Shown piece after piece: positions 1 to 10,314 of a stretch of 37,527 nt of DNA. How positions within the stretch are numbered: the stretch's first letter is position 1; every line of letters starts with the position of its first letter. The position numbers and the translations under genes were made by a program. The notes under the pieces are model-generated. The model had not been told where the DNA came from. It was given only the letters and a program-made list of their open reading frames with translations, and did not search any database. The DNA lies in the IMG/VR virus record IMGVR_UViG_2737471866_000010. The stretch is one strand, 5' to 3'. This stretch comes from a virus. Lineage: Duplodnaviria > Heunggongvirae > Uroviricota > Caudoviricetes.

Positions 1-294
1 ACCAAGGTTTTCGAGAGCCGTTGGTACCGTGCCGTCCGATTTGATATCACCAAACGGATTATTGCGGCTTAACAGCAGTGCGCGAAGTGCGGTAAGCAAC
101 TGGTCATGCCGCCCCTTCTCCAGGCTGGCACCGGATGCCTCCACAACGCTGCAAAGCTCCTCCTGCAACATGTCAAAGTAGTCATCATCCAGATCGGTGG
201 CAGGCGTACCAGTCTGGGGATTACCACGGGTAAAACCGTTCTTACCCGCGCCGAACTTATCCTTCTGCGCGGTTTTCGTGTCTATACGATGCAT
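1..294 (-). CDS. Tail fiber protein, N-terminal part (gene runs off the window start)
   Basis: ATG at 294..292 opens a frame with no stop down to position 1 (98 codons, [35 protein letters not shown]...); resembles conserved N-termini of enterobacterial phage tail fibers; sits directly after the Mu gp48-like gene as gene S does in Mu. Confidence 0.5.
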   Translation of the reverse strand, partial: MHRIDTKTAQKDKFGAGKNGFTRGNPQTGTPATDLDDDYFDMLQEELCSVVEASGASLEKGRHDQLLTALRALLLSRNNPFGDIKSDGTVPTALENLG

Positions 295-297
295 GGA

Positions 298-882
298 TTA
301 CTCCGGATATTTAAAAATTACGTAGGTATGCGACGGGCAGAGTTTGTTAAGCACACACTCGACAACGGTGTCGCCCCAGATACGCAGTGCGGAATCACAG
401 GGATCGCCACATGTCATCCAGGTGGTGTTGGTGGCGGCTGGCATGTTGACCTGCCAGTAATACCGCCATTCCGGCGCATTCACCGCGTCAGTACAGGCCG
501 ATGAGCAGGTGAACGTGCTTTTGTCGTATCGCGTGATGGTGGCGTCTGGTCTGCCCAGGGCAGCAAGCTGTGCAAGGTAAAAATCCTCATTGATGCCGCC
601 CGCCAGGTTAACCTTCGCATCCAGTCGTTGCTGACGCTGGCGAAGGGTCTGTGTCCCTGCGGGAATACATTCATCCGGCAGGCCGCACAGACGCTCCCAG
701 CGATTTATCAGTTCGGTGGTGGTGCGCGGATCCAGCTCCCGCATCAGGGCATCCGCACGCTGATGAACGCGGGTTAATGACGGTGCCGCACCGGCAATCG
801 CCGGATCGCTGGCTGACCACGCCGGACCGGGGGGCAACAGTGCCGACAACAGACGGATGTAATCATCGTTTGTCACGTCCAT
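298..882 (-). CDS. Tail protein, Mu gp48-like (DUF2313 family)
   Basis: 194-aa ORF in the position and with the size expected after the baseplate J gene in Mu-type tails; family assignment from memory. Confidence 0.55.
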   Translation of the reverse strand: MDVTNDDYIRLLSALLPPGPAWSASDPAIAGAAPSLTRVHQRADALMRELDPRTTTELINRWERLCGLPDECIPAGTQTLRQRQQRLDAKVNLAGGINEDFYLAQLAALGRPDATITRYDKSTFTCSSACTDAVNAPEWRYYWQVNMPAATNTTWMTCGDPCDSALRIWGDTVVECVLNKLCPSHTYVIFKYPE

Positions 883-1931
883 GAAATCGTCCCCAGTACC
901 GCCAGTTCATTTTTTGCAATGGAGATATTGTCTGCCGGTGCAAACAACTGATGGCTGTATTCCCCGTTCGCACCGGAAATCGCTTCACTGATACGTGACA
1001 CCTTCAGTTCTCCCTGCGGATAACCATCACGCAGCAGGAACGAACGCAACTCGGCGGTGATGGCAGCCCGTATTTCCGGTGTGTCCGGCGTCACGCGGAT
1101 ATGAAAATCCACCGTATGCGCCACCGGCCTGAACACATACAAATCAGAGCCTGCCACCGGGGCCAGTGGCTCAATGTGTTGTCTTGCCGCCGTTTCCGTT
1201 GATTCTTCCGGAATGGGATTAATCAGGTCACTGCCGGCAATCATCACACCGACAGTTCCCGTTCCCATCCAGTGACGGTATGTCCATGCGCGGGTAATGC
1301 CGGGCACTTCTTTAGCCCAGACGACATAGTCCCCGTCAGCCCCGCCCTGCGGCGTCCAGTAATACCGCTCAATGACGCGGGCGCGCCACGTTTCCAGATC
1401 TTCTGTATCAAATCCGCCTGTCAGGGTGTCAGTCACACCGGAAGACGGCAGACCATTCACCGGCGTGACCAGGATTAATGCCGTACCATCGTCAGCGTTA
1501 CCGACCGCGCCTGCAGTTGAGCAGGCGATCGGCACGCGCAGGACACCACCGGAGCTGGTTGCATCGGCAGTTGCCGTGTACTGAACCAAGTCATCGCGCT
1601 GAATAACACTCCCGGCAGTCACCTTCAGGCCATCGCTGACACCTTCCCAGCGCATATACCCGCTGGCAGCCGTGGCCCCCTTGCGCGGACACCGTTTCAT
1701 CGCAGCATGTCGCGCCAGCCAGGACTCATCGCACAGGTCAGGCAGCATGTTCATTGCCAGATAATCGATGTAACCGTAAACCGTATGCAGCGCCGCCGCA
1801 TACACCTTTGCCCGCACGTCTTCATCCATGCGCCGGAGCGTGTCGCTGACGTCCAGCCTGGCGAATAAATCGTTACGGAGCATACTGATATTTTCTGCCA
1901 GCGTCGGGCGCTGAAATTCACTGTCCGCCAT
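873..1931 (-). CDS. Baseplate J-like protein (Mu gp47-like)
   Basis: 352-aa ORF; size and synteny between gp46-like and gp48-like genes. Confidence 0.65.
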   Translation of the reverse strand: MADSEFQRPTLAENISMLRNDLFARLDVSDTLRRMDEDVRAKVYAAALHTVYGYIDYLAMNMLPDLCDESWLARHAAMKRCPRKGATAASGYMRWEGVSDGLKVTAGSVIQRDDLVQYTATADATSSGGVLRVPIACSTAGAVGNADDGTALILVTPVNGLPSSGVTDTLTGGFDTEDLETWRARVIERYYWTPQGGADGDYVVWAKEVPGITRAWTYRHWMGTGTVGVMIAGSDLINPIPEESTETAARQHIEPLAPVAGSDLYVFRPVAHTVDFHIRVTPDTPEIRAAITAELRSFLLRDGYPQGELKVSRISEAISGANGEYSHQLFAPADNISIAKNELAVLGTISWT

Positions 1932-2346
1932 GCGTTATCGCACTCCACAGATCATCAAAAGAAATCATTACCGGTCCGTCACGACGCCAGAGAGTGATAC
2001 TGTTACCCAGCTCATTAATCCCGGTGCGGCGGATATCCAGATCAATACGGGACACCACGCCGTCATCAATCATCCATTGCAGGCATTCGCGGATATACCC
2101 CCTTACCGTCTGCACCAGCTGATTGGTCAGTTTGCTGCGCTGAAGCAGCCACAGTCGGGAGCCGTAACGGTCATTCTGTACCGCAGGCCAGGTATCCCCC
2201 CACCATCCCATCGGGACGTCGGCGTTGTCATCAGGCTCCGCCCGCCGCCAGGTAAACAGGGAAATCACCACGGCGCGGGTCAGCGGATCCAGTTGTGCGC
2301 TGGCGCAGGTGCGTTTACCGTTCACCGTCAGCCACAGTTCCATCAT
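1918..2346 (-). CDS. Baseplate protein, Mu gp46-like
   Basis: 142-aa ORF with overlapping stop/start with neighbours; synteny in Mu-type baseplate cluster. Confidence 0.55.
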   Translation of the reverse strand: MMELWLTVNGKRTCASAQLDPLTRAVVISLFTWRRAEPDDNADVPMGWWGDTWPAVQNDRYGSRLWLLQRSKLTNQLVQTVRGYIRECLQWMIDDGVVSRIDLDIRRTGINELGNSITLWRRDGPVMISFDDLWSAITHGGQ

Positions 2347-2891
2347 GCCTCCATCGCTTTATCAGGTTTGTCGGTGTTACTGCCCTGACCGTTCTCTCTG
2401 TGACGATGCCCGTTATAGGCAAGCCGCATCGCTGACATGGTGGTACCGCCGGAGTCGCACAGGTCTTTCACCTGTCCGGTCACTTCCAGGTCCATTTCAA
2501 AACGTGCTCTGGGCGCATTGAGAAACGTGATCGTTTTACCTGCACCGTCCACCACGATCCCCTCCCGGGTCAGCGTCACAGACTGCCCCTGATCGTCATA
2601 GACAGCCACCTCACCCGTCTGCAGCCCTTTCAGGCGGTAGCGCCGGTCCGACACCGTAACAACCACCGCATGAGAACGGTCGCCATCCGGAAACAACACC
2701 ACCGCTTCCGCACCGCTGTTTGCCCTTGCGGTAAAACCGTAGGGTTCAAGATGTTCAACCCCGGCTTTGGGTTCACCGGCAATCAGGGACACATCCACGG
2801 TCTGACATTTCGTGGCGGCACTGATGCTTTTCACCACTGCCCGCCCAATCAGGCCGAGGAGTTGTCGCTGCATGGCTTCAATCGTCCTCAT
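2343..2891 (-). CDS. Baseplate assembly/spike protein (Mu gp45 / gpV-like)
   Basis: 182-aa ORF; synteny and size. Confidence 0.55.
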   Translation of the reverse strand: MRTIEAMQRQLLGLIGRAVVKSISAATKCQTVDVSLIAGEPKAGVEHLEPYGFTARANSGAEAVVLFPDGDRSHAVVVTVSDRRYRLKGLQTGEVAVYDDQGQSVTLTREGIVVDGAGKTITFLNAPRARFEMDLEVTGQVKDLCDSGGTTMSAMRLAYNGHRHRENGQGSNTDKPDKAMEA

Positions 2892-3970
2892 CAGAACGGG
2901 TCCTCCTGTACTCTGGCTTTTTTCTTTTTCCGCGCGCCGGGGGCTTCGGGTTCAGGCAGATAAGCATCAGGTGGGCCGACACGGATTTCCGTCAGGGTGC
3001 CGTTCTGGTCCTGAGTAAACGTGACTTCCGAGACAAGCAGTTCGGTATTGTCGAAACCACAGACCGGATCGAAGACAATCACCCGCTGGTTGGGCTGCCA
3101 CAGCGTACCGTTACCCTGTCGCCAGCCCTGCACCACATAGGTGGTTTCATCCGTCCGCGCCGCCCGTTGTCGGGCTTCAAAGTCAGCACGCGCAATACAG
3201 CCTGCCCCCGTGGCCTGCCCTGTCTGCCTGATATACATCGGACGGTAACGGGCAATAAATGCGTCCTCTGTGCGGGCCCGCAGCGCGGTGGTGGTGGCCT
3301 CACCGAAATCATCGTCGTTTCCGGCACGCTGCCCCGCCACCTGGTAAACAGAAAACCGCTCCCGGATACTCTTCTCCGTATCGCAGGAAAGGATGTTTTC
3401 CCCGAGTACCAGCGCGGTATGTGCCCGCGTTGAGCCAATACCGCCAATCACCAGCCTGCCGTGCGGGTCGTCGTAAGCCAGTGCCTGCTGCTGACCGAGT
3501 ATTTTGTTGATCACCTCAATCACCGTTTCGCCGTGATCAGGCTGGACATCAGGAATAACACCCGACGGCGCACCGTTGTTCACCACCTCAATGCCGAAAG
3601 GCGCAGCAAGCGCCTGCGCAATCTGTACCAGCGATCGTCCGTTAAACTGTGTCGGTTCGGCTGCACAGTCAATCAGGTCAGCGGTCAGACTACGTCCGGC
3701 AATACCGGTGCTGACCGAACGGGCATCGTAACGAACGGGGGTCGCCTCCACCCAGCCGGTGATCACCAGCTCATCACCAATCAGCACTTCCACTTTTGAA
3801 CCATTTTTAATGCGCGGCTGAAGCGTGGTGATACCATCATCTCCCGGCCACTGGCGGGTGATCTCCACACTGAAATCCCGCGCCAGTCGTTCAACACCGG
3901 CACCGATGCGCACCGATGTCCAGCCATTCCACTCCCGGCCATTTACCCGTAGCGTGACATTGTCGTTCAT
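2891..3970 (-). CDS. Tail/baseplate hub protein (Mu gp44 / P2 gpD-like)
   Basis: 359-aa ORF following the DNA circulation gene, as in Mu. Confidence 0.55.
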   Translation of the reverse strand: MNDNVTLRVNGREWNGWTSVRIGAGVERLARDFSVEITRQWPGDDGITTLQPRIKNGSKVEVLIGDELVITGWVEATPVRYDARSVSTGIAGRSLTADLIDCAAEPTQFNGRSLVQIAQALAAPFGIEVVNNGAPSGVIPDVQPDHGETVIEVINKILGQQQALAYDDPHGRLVIGGIGSTRAHTALVLGENILSCDTEKSIRERFSVYQVAGQRAGNDDDFGEATTTALRARTEDAFIARYRPMYIRQTGQATGAGCIARADFEARQRAARTDETTYVVQGWRQGNGTLWQPNQRVIVFDPVCGFDNTELLVSEVTFTQDQNGTLTEIRVGPPDAYLPEPEAPGARKKKKARVQEDPF

Positions 3971-5295
3971 TGCACTGGCACCTTCAGAGGGATCACCGGC
4001 ACAAAGCCGGGATGCGTAATGGCATTACGCCGGATAATGTCCGCGTCACGCGCCGCGTTATCAAACCAGGTCGCCGCCAGCACCAGCGCGGGTAAAACCT
4101 CATCAGGTGTGCGCTGAATGATCCGTGCAGACTGTTCAAGGCGCGTGTTGATATCCGCATTCAGATCTGCTTTCACCCGGCGCAGCGCCAGAAACAGCGC
4201 ATCACTGGTTGTACGGGACAACTCCTTATCAATTGCCGTATTCAGTGTGTCGCGAATGTCGGTCAGTTCTTCCCACGTTGGCAGGTCAACCGTGTTTTTC
4301 ACCGCCGGTGCATTGTTCAGTGCCGGATGCGTGACGGAAGGCCAGCCGGAGCTCTGCGCGGGTGTTGTTGACTGCCCCACTGCGGCATTCTGCATCACCG
4401 CAGAAGTTGTTAGCGCAGGCAATCGGGTAACGGCATACGCCGCTTCGCTGATTGCAGTCGTACGAAGGGTGCTGGCAACCACGTTACGCTGCTGAGTCGC
4501 CGTGGCGGTGGTTTTACTGTCCGTTTTCCAGACGCCGCGCGGTTGCAGATCGCTGCCAAGGCTGACACCGGAAAGCGTTTTGATCATGGTGACCAGGTCG
4601 CTGGTGTTACCATAAAGGCGTTTCCCGGTACGCCACATTTTCTGCACCTGCTCAACGAAATTTTTGCCTGACGATGGCGGCGGCAGAAGTACCGAGATAT
4701 CCCCCTGCAACAGCCTGGCGGCATCCGATACGGCAGAATCCACCACTTTCATCGCATCAGAAACATACCCAAGCATTATGCTGGCATTACCGATAACGTC
4801 GTTCTGCACGAAATCCGCCACGCCATCGATACTGAAACCGCTGAAGCTGTCACTGATGCAGTCATCCAGTGCAGAACAGGATGACATCAGCGTCTGCGCC
4901 GTCGCCGCACCTGAAGTGGGGTAAGAGAGTTCTCCCGCTTCGACAAACTTCAGGTCAAAGCGGACAATACGCCCTTCACTTTTCGATGTGCTGACCCGAA
5001 CTTCACCGTCAACACAGACTTTCAGCTCACCATATGTCGGGTGGACAAGCGTGCCGGGACCGGGTTTATTCAGCGCTTCAATCAGGCGATCGCGCTGGTC
5101 AAAGCAGTCATCTCCTACCACATAAGCTGTGATGGACGGGCGGAAAGTGACTTTTCCCAGATCTTCGGTATAGGGCTTGTCGCGGTTCGGGTATTCATGT
5201 GTTTCCACACGGCGACCGGTTCCCGCACTTTCTTCTTCAACCTTAAACGGTACGCCGCGAAATGACGCGTCCTGAAGCCTGTCTTTCCACGTCAT
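3967..5295 (-). CDS. DNA circulation protein N-like (Mu gp43-like)
   Basis: 442-aa ORF immediately downstream of the tape measure region in a Mu-type tail module. Confidence 0.55.
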   Translation of the reverse strand: MTWKDRLQDASFRGVPFKVEEESAGTGRRVETHEYPNRDKPYTEDLGKVTFRPSITAYVVGDDCFDQRDRLIEALNKPGPGTLVHPTYGELKVCVDGEVRVSTSKSEGRIVRFDLKFVEAGELSYPTSGAATAQTLMSSCSALDDCISDSFSGFSIDGVADFVQNDVIGNASIMLGYVSDAMKVVDSAVSDAARLLQGDISVLLPPPSSGKNFVEQVQKMWRTGKRLYGNTSDLVTMIKTLSGVSLGSDLQPRGVWKTDSKTTATATQQRNVVASTLRTTAISEAAYAVTRLPALTTSAVMQNAAVGQSTTPAQSSGWPSVTHPALNNAPAVKNTVDLPTWEELTDIRDTLNTAIDKELSRTTSDALFLALRRVKADLNADINTRLEQSARIIQRTPDEVLPALVLAATWFDNAARDADIIRRNAITHPGFVPVIPLKVPVQ

Positions 5296-5314
5296 ATAAA
5301 CTCCGAATATAAAA

Positions 5315-5334
5315 AAACCCGCCGAAGCAGGTTT
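5315..5334. terminator. Imperfect hairpin flanked by an A-run and a T-run, candidate bidirectional intrinsic terminator
   Basis: aaaaaaacccgccgaagcaggtttt between the lipoprotein stop (5349) and the N-like start (5295). Confidence 0.35.
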
Positions 5335-5348
5335 TAATAAATTATCTA

Positions 5349-6026
5349 TTATCTAAAGTTACTTATTACTCGATACCTTATGCTTTGGTTACTCGCATCA
5401 AGTACTTCGAATTTAGCGCCTTTATAGCCAATTGTTTTAGACTCCGCGAGATCATACTCAACATCGTTGTTGAAGGCCGGGCGCGCTGTATTCGCTGAAA
5501 ATTCACGATATCCAATGTTGATTTTGTTTCCGACCCTTCCGTTGTAAAGCAGAGCTTGCTGGAAAGATGAGTCACCACTGATGTTCAGATTAACCTTTTC
5601 GATCGGCATGTTGGTTTCACAGGTGGTAGCGCCAAAAACTGTTATTACACATAAGGCATTATTTTTCTTTTCTACCATGATGCCCTGCCACATATCGGCA
5701 AGAGCTGCCTTTTCCACATTGGCTGAATCAGCACCGTTTGTGAGAAAGTAATAATCTGCCTTGTTATCCTCACCAACCTTTTTCAGCATCCCCGGAGTAA
5801 TCGTATAAGCCCAGGAAACTCTCGCGGGAGCATTAACCTTCAAACCTTCGAACTTCTGTGACTCACCCTGCTTAATCATCGAATCACCGACATAAGCTGT
5901 ATTAATGCTTCCTACAGGAGGCTCACTATAACTTTCTGTTTTTGGTAAATAATTATACTTTGGAGATGTACATCCCCCGAGTAAAAGAGCCATGCCGACA
6001 ACTGAATAAACTGTTAGAATTTTCAT
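5349..6026 (-). CDS. Lipoprotein moron (signal peptide with lipobox LLGGC); function unknown, candidate superinfection exclusion protein
   Basis: Internal ATG (M15 of ORF 5349..6068) gives MKILTVYSVVGMALLLGGC..., a classic lipoprotein signal; visibly AT-rich island between tape measure and downstream tail genes. Confidence 0.6.
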   Translation of the reverse strand: MKILTVYSVVGMALLLGGCTSPKYNYLPKTESYSEPPVGSINTAYVGDSMIKQGESQKFEGLKVNAPARVSWAYTITPGMLKKVGEDNKADYYFLTNGADSANVEKAALADMWQGIMVEKKNNALCVITVFGATTCETNMPIEKVNLNISGDSSFQQALLYNGRVGNKINIGYREFSANTARPAFNNDVEYDLAESKTIGYKGAKFEVLDASNQSIRYRVISNFR

Positions 6027-6107
6027 ATCCCTATTCCCATCATTAAATAATCGGACTAATCCTACCAAGAATCAGCAAAACGACAAAACCCGTACTTAAG
6101 CTGGCTA

Positions 6108-7889
6108 TTAGCCCCCCATACCAAACCGGGTGTAACCAACGTCGTGATTCACGTCGATACCACTGGAGCGGGTATCGGTCACCCGCATCCCGGGAGGCGC
6201 ATCCTTAAACGAGACCGTAATCTCGCCTTCAGCCTTCTTCGGCGCAGCCTGAACTATCTGATACGGATTGTATCCCTGAGCAGAAACGCCTGTACCGTAC
6301 GCCCCATAGCCACCGCCCCCCCACTGAGTCGCATTGGCTGCAACCACCGTGTCGCTGGCACCATCAGTAAACCATTCAATAATCGGCTTCAGCTTGTCCC
6401 ACATATCCTGAAACCACTTAACAACCGGCCCCCAGTTATTGATCACCATCCCCAGCGGCGACCAGGCAAAAACTTTCTTAAGGAGTTCCCAGCCAGCCTC
6501 AAAATAAGGACCAATGGTTTCCCAGAGTTTCTTAAAATAAGGTCCGACAACATCCCAGTTAGTGATAATTAATCCCGCAGCCAGGGCTATCGCCGTCGCA
6601 ATCATGCCAATCGGCGTCATCGACATGATCCTGCTGACAATACTGATGGCACTGCCCACGCCCATCAATCCCAGTTTCAGAATCGCAAGACCGGCAGCAA
6701 GCCCGACGACGCCGCGAATAACCCGGGGATTTTCATCCGCAAACTTCGTGAATTTCTCCCCCAACTCCCCCAGCCATTGCGTGATATTTTTGGCGTCACC
6801 AGAAAATGCGCCGCCAATAGCCGCAAGGCCGTTAGTTGCGGTCCCCGTCATTGCCTCCCACAGGTTGGACAGCGTACCAAGCTGGGCCTGAACACGTTTA
6901 TTCAGGCTGGCCTGTTTATTCATCTTCTGCTGGATCTGATCGTAGCCATCCTTTCCTTTATCGATTAGTGCATTGACCACCTGAAGGGTTTCGGCATCAT
7001 CACCAAATATTGCCTTAAGTACACCTGTTCGCTTAACGTCGGTCAGTTTTCGCAGCTTTGCCAGTTGCCTGAACATGTTATCAAGACCGCCAAAACTTCC
7101 TTTGCCGTCAGTAAAATCGAGCTGTACCCCGAGTTTCTGGCGGGCCATGACTTTATTGACGTCCCTGATTTTCTTAACGCTTAACCCGGACTGGATAACT
7201 TTTCGCAGGGCATTACCTGCCGACTCCCCGTTCATCCCCATCTGATCCATCATGACGCTGATGGGGGCAAGGCTCTGTGCAGCCTGAAGACCGTCCTTGT
7301 TCACCATCTTCAGAACAGAACTGGTTTTAGTGAAGAAGGACAACATGTTGGTATCGTCAACGCCCAGATAAAACGCCTTCTGGATAGTGTCGAACAGCCC
7401 CATCATGTCTTCTGACGCCGTTCCGGTAGCATCCTGCATCTTTGCAGCAAACTCAGCAGCCGCTTCCGGTGTTTTTTTCAGTTGTACCGCAAGATAAGCT
7501 GTCGCTTTACCCACACCACCCAGAATGTTTTCTGCCGGGATCCCCTGACGCACCAGCATCTGCATCATGTTCTGGAAATCAGCCGTTGTACCGGGTAGCT
7601 GGTTACCCAGGCCAATAGCCAGTTTATTGATGTCCTGAAAGCTCTTTCCGACCTCGCCGTTCGCATCCATCATGGCGACTTTCAGCCCGGTGGCGGCGTT
7701 TTCCTGATCGGCATAAGATTTCAGGGAAAGCGTCAGACCCGCTGCCAGTCCGCCACCAAGCGCCAGCCCACCCTGTGATGCTTCTTCCGCCTGGCGTTTA
7801 AATCCCCGGATTTTCTTTTGCATTTTCGACAGCGCGGGAGAAAGTCTGTCGACACCGGTGATCAACGCCTTAAGCTCAAATTCAGCCAT
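6108..7889 (-). CDS. Tail tape measure protein
   Basis: 593-aa ORF with Ala/Gly-rich helical stretches and a hydrophobic glycine-rich segment; follows overlapping chaperone ORFs. Confidence 0.75.
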   Translation of the reverse strand: MAEFELKALITGVDRLSPALSKMQKKIRGFKRQAEEASQGGLALGGGLAAGLTLSLKSYADQENAATGLKVAMMDANGEVGKSFQDINKLAIGLGNQLPGTTADFQNMMQMLVRQGIPAENILGGVGKATAYLAVQLKKTPEAAAEFAAKMQDATGTASEDMMGLFDTIQKAFYLGVDDTNMLSFFTKTSSVLKMVNKDGLQAAQSLAPISVMMDQMGMNGESAGNALRKVIQSGLSVKKIRDVNKVMARQKLGVQLDFTDGKGSFGGLDNMFRQLAKLRKLTDVKRTGVLKAIFGDDAETLQVVNALIDKGKDGYDQIQQKMNKQASLNKRVQAQLGTLSNLWEAMTGTATNGLAAIGGAFSGDAKNITQWLGELGEKFTKFADENPRVIRGVVGLAAGLAILKLGLMGVGSAISIVSRIMSMTPIGMIATAIALAAGLIITNWDVVGPYFKKLWETIGPYFEAGWELLKKVFAWSPLGMVINNWGPVVKWFQDMWDKLKPIIEWFTDGASDTVVAANATQWGGGGYGAYGTGVSAQGYNPYQIVQAAPKKAEGEITVSFKDAPPGMRVTDTRSSGIDVNHDVGYTRFGMGG

Positions 7890-8064
7890 GTGTGCGTTTC
7901 TCCTGCTCTATCCTGTTTGCCTGACTGACCAGCAAGGGAATTTCACTGATCGGCATATTCAGCAATTCGAAGGGATTAATGCGCCAGTAGCTGGCGCAGT
8001 CAAAGAAGCGATCAGTGAGGTATTCAGCCGTCAGGCCTGGAGGAAAAAACCAGCCACAAGCCAC
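7882..8064 (-). CDS. Candidate frameshift extension of the tail assembly chaperone
   Basis: 60-aa ORF in a different frame overlapping the 3' end of ORF 8031..8300 and the tape measure start. Confidence 0.3.
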   Translation of the reverse strand: MACGWFFPPGLTAEYLTDRFFDCASYWRINPFELLNMPISEIPLLVSQANRIEQEKRTHG

Positions 8065-8300
8065 GCCGCAGCATTCAGGTCTGCCGGAGACATCTGGTCG
8101 ACAGAGCTTTGCGGCACTTTCGCCAGCCGCACAATGTATTTCGACACCACATGCGCCAGAAGTCTGACGGACTCATCCTGATTCATCTGGTAGGGATACC
8201 CCAGCTCGCGGACATCCTTCCCGGTGGGTTCATCAAACTCCAGTACGGAGAGTGTCTCACCATGAGCGATAATCGGTTTCTTTAACTCAAGCTCTTTCAT
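8031..8300 (-). CDS. Tail assembly chaperone
   Basis: 89-aa ORF between the tail tube and tape measure genes. Confidence 0.5.
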   Translation of the reverse strand: MKELELKKPIIAHGETLSVLEFDEPTGKDVRELGYPYQMNQDESVRLLAHVVSKYIVRLAKVPQSSVDQMSPADLNAAAWLVAGFFLQA

Positions 8301-8656
8301 TACTGGTAATCCCCTTCTTCACCGTGGAACTCAAGATCAACCGTCCCTTCTTCGGCATTATGGTTCGCTTCTCCGTGCAGCCAGGCGGACGACAATACAT
8401 AGACCTGACCGTTCGCCAGCTCGGCAGTGATGGTCATCTCATCAGACGAGGTGATTTTGCTCACCGGAAAATTCTTCGGCACCTTGAAGGTCCCTTTGAC
8501 ATAAGGCGCACGGTGAGTTTCCTTGCGGTCCACTGAACCGTCCAGGCCGATGATGTCATCATTGACCGTCCTGTTCATGGGCACCTCAATGCCGCCGGTC
8601 AGCGATAGCTGCTGACCGTCAATTTTGAAATAACAGGTTCCCCCGATACGGGCCAT
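8300..8656 (-). CDS. Tail tube protein
   Basis: 118-aa ORF directly after the sheath gene, 1-nt overlap. Confidence 0.6.
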   Translation of the reverse strand: MARIGGTCYFKIDGQQLSLTGGIEVPMNRTVNDDIIGLDGSVDRKETHRAPYVKGTFKVPKNFPVSKITSSDEMTITAELANGQVYVLSSAWLHGEANHNAEEGTVDLEFHGEEGDYQ

Positions 8657-10152
8657 TATGCAGACTCCTCTGAATACTGAAGACGGAACTGGTTAACCAC
8701 GGCAAAAACACGCAACTGGTTAACATAGTCAGGCGGGAACAGCGTGTTCAGGCGGTTCGGATCGCTGGCATCACGCTCCACAACCAGGTACTGCTTAAAC
8801 AGTTCGTAGTTTTCCACGATCCCCGCACGCTCAAGCTGACGGTAGGTTGCCAGCAGTTCCCCTTTGATTACCGCCGGGGTGACAATCGCCTGACCGGGAC
8901 CAAAGCGGGTACCGTCGCTGGCAAGCTTGTGACGCCCGTACTTACTGGTAATGACGGATTTCAGTTTGCGCAGTACATACGCGCTGGTATGCAGCGTCTC
9001 GCTGTCGAGGTAGCTGTTATCCGCAACACCGTAAGCATTTTTCCTGTACGTGGTGACATCACGCTGAATGCGCAGCACCCCGCTTTCGACATACGCCGTT
9101 GCCACGCCATGAGACAGCAGGGTCTGCTGCTCGGTCATCGTGAACCGTTTCCCCTTCGGCGCAGGCAACATACCCACCAGCTCACCGGTCTGCGTGGGAC
9201 GTGCCGGATCGTTGCGGATAAACACCGCTGCGCGGGCGGTACGGCTTGCCGCCAGCTCGTCGGCAGGCGTCTGGGTCTCTTTTTCGTACCCCGCCAGGGT
9301 GATGTGCTGCTGGTTAAACTGGTCACCTGCGTTCACCAGTTCTGACAGTGTGCCGGTCTTTGCCGTATACACATGACCATACAGCTGACGCGCATAGCTC
9401 CAGCGACCGCTGGTATCGTTCATCTCGGTCACCAGCGTGTTAACGGAGGCCGTGTCGTTGAACGGCAGACCGATATAATCAAACGGCTCATCCGCCATTG
9501 CAGCCACCGCGCCGGTGAGAACCGGAGCGCCCGTTCCGGCGGTCCCCGTCGCCACGGCAATCTGTACGCCCGCTGGCAGTACTTCGCCCCCACCGAAGCC
9601 GTAGTAATTGAGGCTGACAGGAATTTCATTCCCGCAAAGCCCCTTATGACGCGCGGTCAGCGTGACAACACCAGCCGAAGATGAAGCTGTAAACGGCAGA
9701 GTCGGAACGGCATTGATGGCATCTTTGATACTGCTGGCAATCGTCGTGACGTTATCGCCGTTGGTCACCGGAGCCTGCACGCGGGTACGTCCCACATAGA
9801 CATTCACCGTGCCGCTTTCGGTTGCTTCCCCGGTCACCGTCAGCGTAACCGTTGCCGCCGCGCCTGTGGCTTCCGGAACGGCAATCACATACAGCTCACC
9901 AAACGGGTCGGTCTGGCGATAAGCCTCGACCATACGCGCCAGCTGACTTCCCGCACCACAAATCTGGCGTGCATAGTCTGCCGACGGCATCAGCACCAGA
10001 CTGTTGGCAACAATCTCTGCACCGTTATTGGCATGACCAATCAGCAGCGATGCTCCGCTGTCCTGTGCAGTATTCGCCGCCTGGTTATCCATTTCCGCAT
10101 AAAACAGCGGAACCAGCGTATTCGACGGAATGGTGTTAAAGCTTATCGTCAT
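8656..10152 (-). CDS. Contractile tail sheath protein
   Basis: 498-aa ORF; size and position typical of Mu/P2-type sheath. Confidence 0.8.
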   Translation of the reverse strand: MTISFNTIPSNTLVPLFYAEMDNQAANTAQDSGASLLIGHANNGAEIVANSLVLMPSADYARQICGAGSQLARMVEAYRQTDPFGELYVIAVPEATGAAATVTLTVTGEATESGTVNVYVGRTRVQAPVTNGDNVTTIASSIKDAINAVPTLPFTASSSAGVVTLTARHKGLCGNEIPVSLNYYGFGGGEVLPAGVQIAVATGTAGTGAPVLTGAVAAMADEPFDYIGLPFNDTASVNTLVTEMNDTSGRWSYARQLYGHVYTAKTGTLSELVNAGDQFNQQHITLAGYEKETQTPADELAASRTARAAVFIRNDPARPTQTGELVGMLPAPKGKRFTMTEQQTLLSHGVATAYVESGVLRIQRDVTTYRKNAYGVADNSYLDSETLHTSAYVLRKLKSVITSKYGRHKLASDGTRFGPGQAIVTPAVIKGELLATYRQLERAGIVENYELFKQYLVVERDASDPNRLNTLFPPDYVNQLRVFAVVNQFRLQYSEESA

Positions 10153-10306
10153 CGGTGTTCACCTTTTTATTCACGCGCCGGATATCACCCGCTGCTTCAC
10201 GGCGCAGCCAGTAGTTGTTCTCGTCAACATTTCGCCCTTCGGTGGGCAAAAGGTCACCGCGGGCAGGGTCAGGCACTGACCGCCCTTTAACAGGTTTCAC
10301 AAACAT
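10136..10306 (-). CDS. Small protein (56 aa), possible Mu gp38-like (DUF2635)
   Basis: ATG at 10306..10304 to TAA at 10138..10136, hand-translated MFVKPVKGRSVPDPARGDLLPTEGRNVDENNYWLRREAAGDIRRVNKKVNTDDDKL; below the 60-aa track cutoff; fills the gap between gp37-like and sheath genes. Confidence 0.4.
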   Translation of the reverse strand: MFVKPVKGRSVPDPARGDLLPTEGRNVDENNYWLRREAAGDIRRVNKKVNTDDDKL

Positions 10307-10314
10307 GAAGATTC

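Noticed and set aside
106-504. 132-aa plus-strand ORF at the window start
   Set aside because: Lies antisense to the tail fiber and gp48-like genes; its Gly/Arg-rich translation is typical of spurious antisense frames in GC-rich coding DNA
8929-10139. Several plus-strand ORFs (63-138 aa) inside the tail sheath gene
   Set aside because: All are antisense to a long, well-supported structural gene, with Arg/Pro-rich low-complexity translations; treated as shadow ORFs
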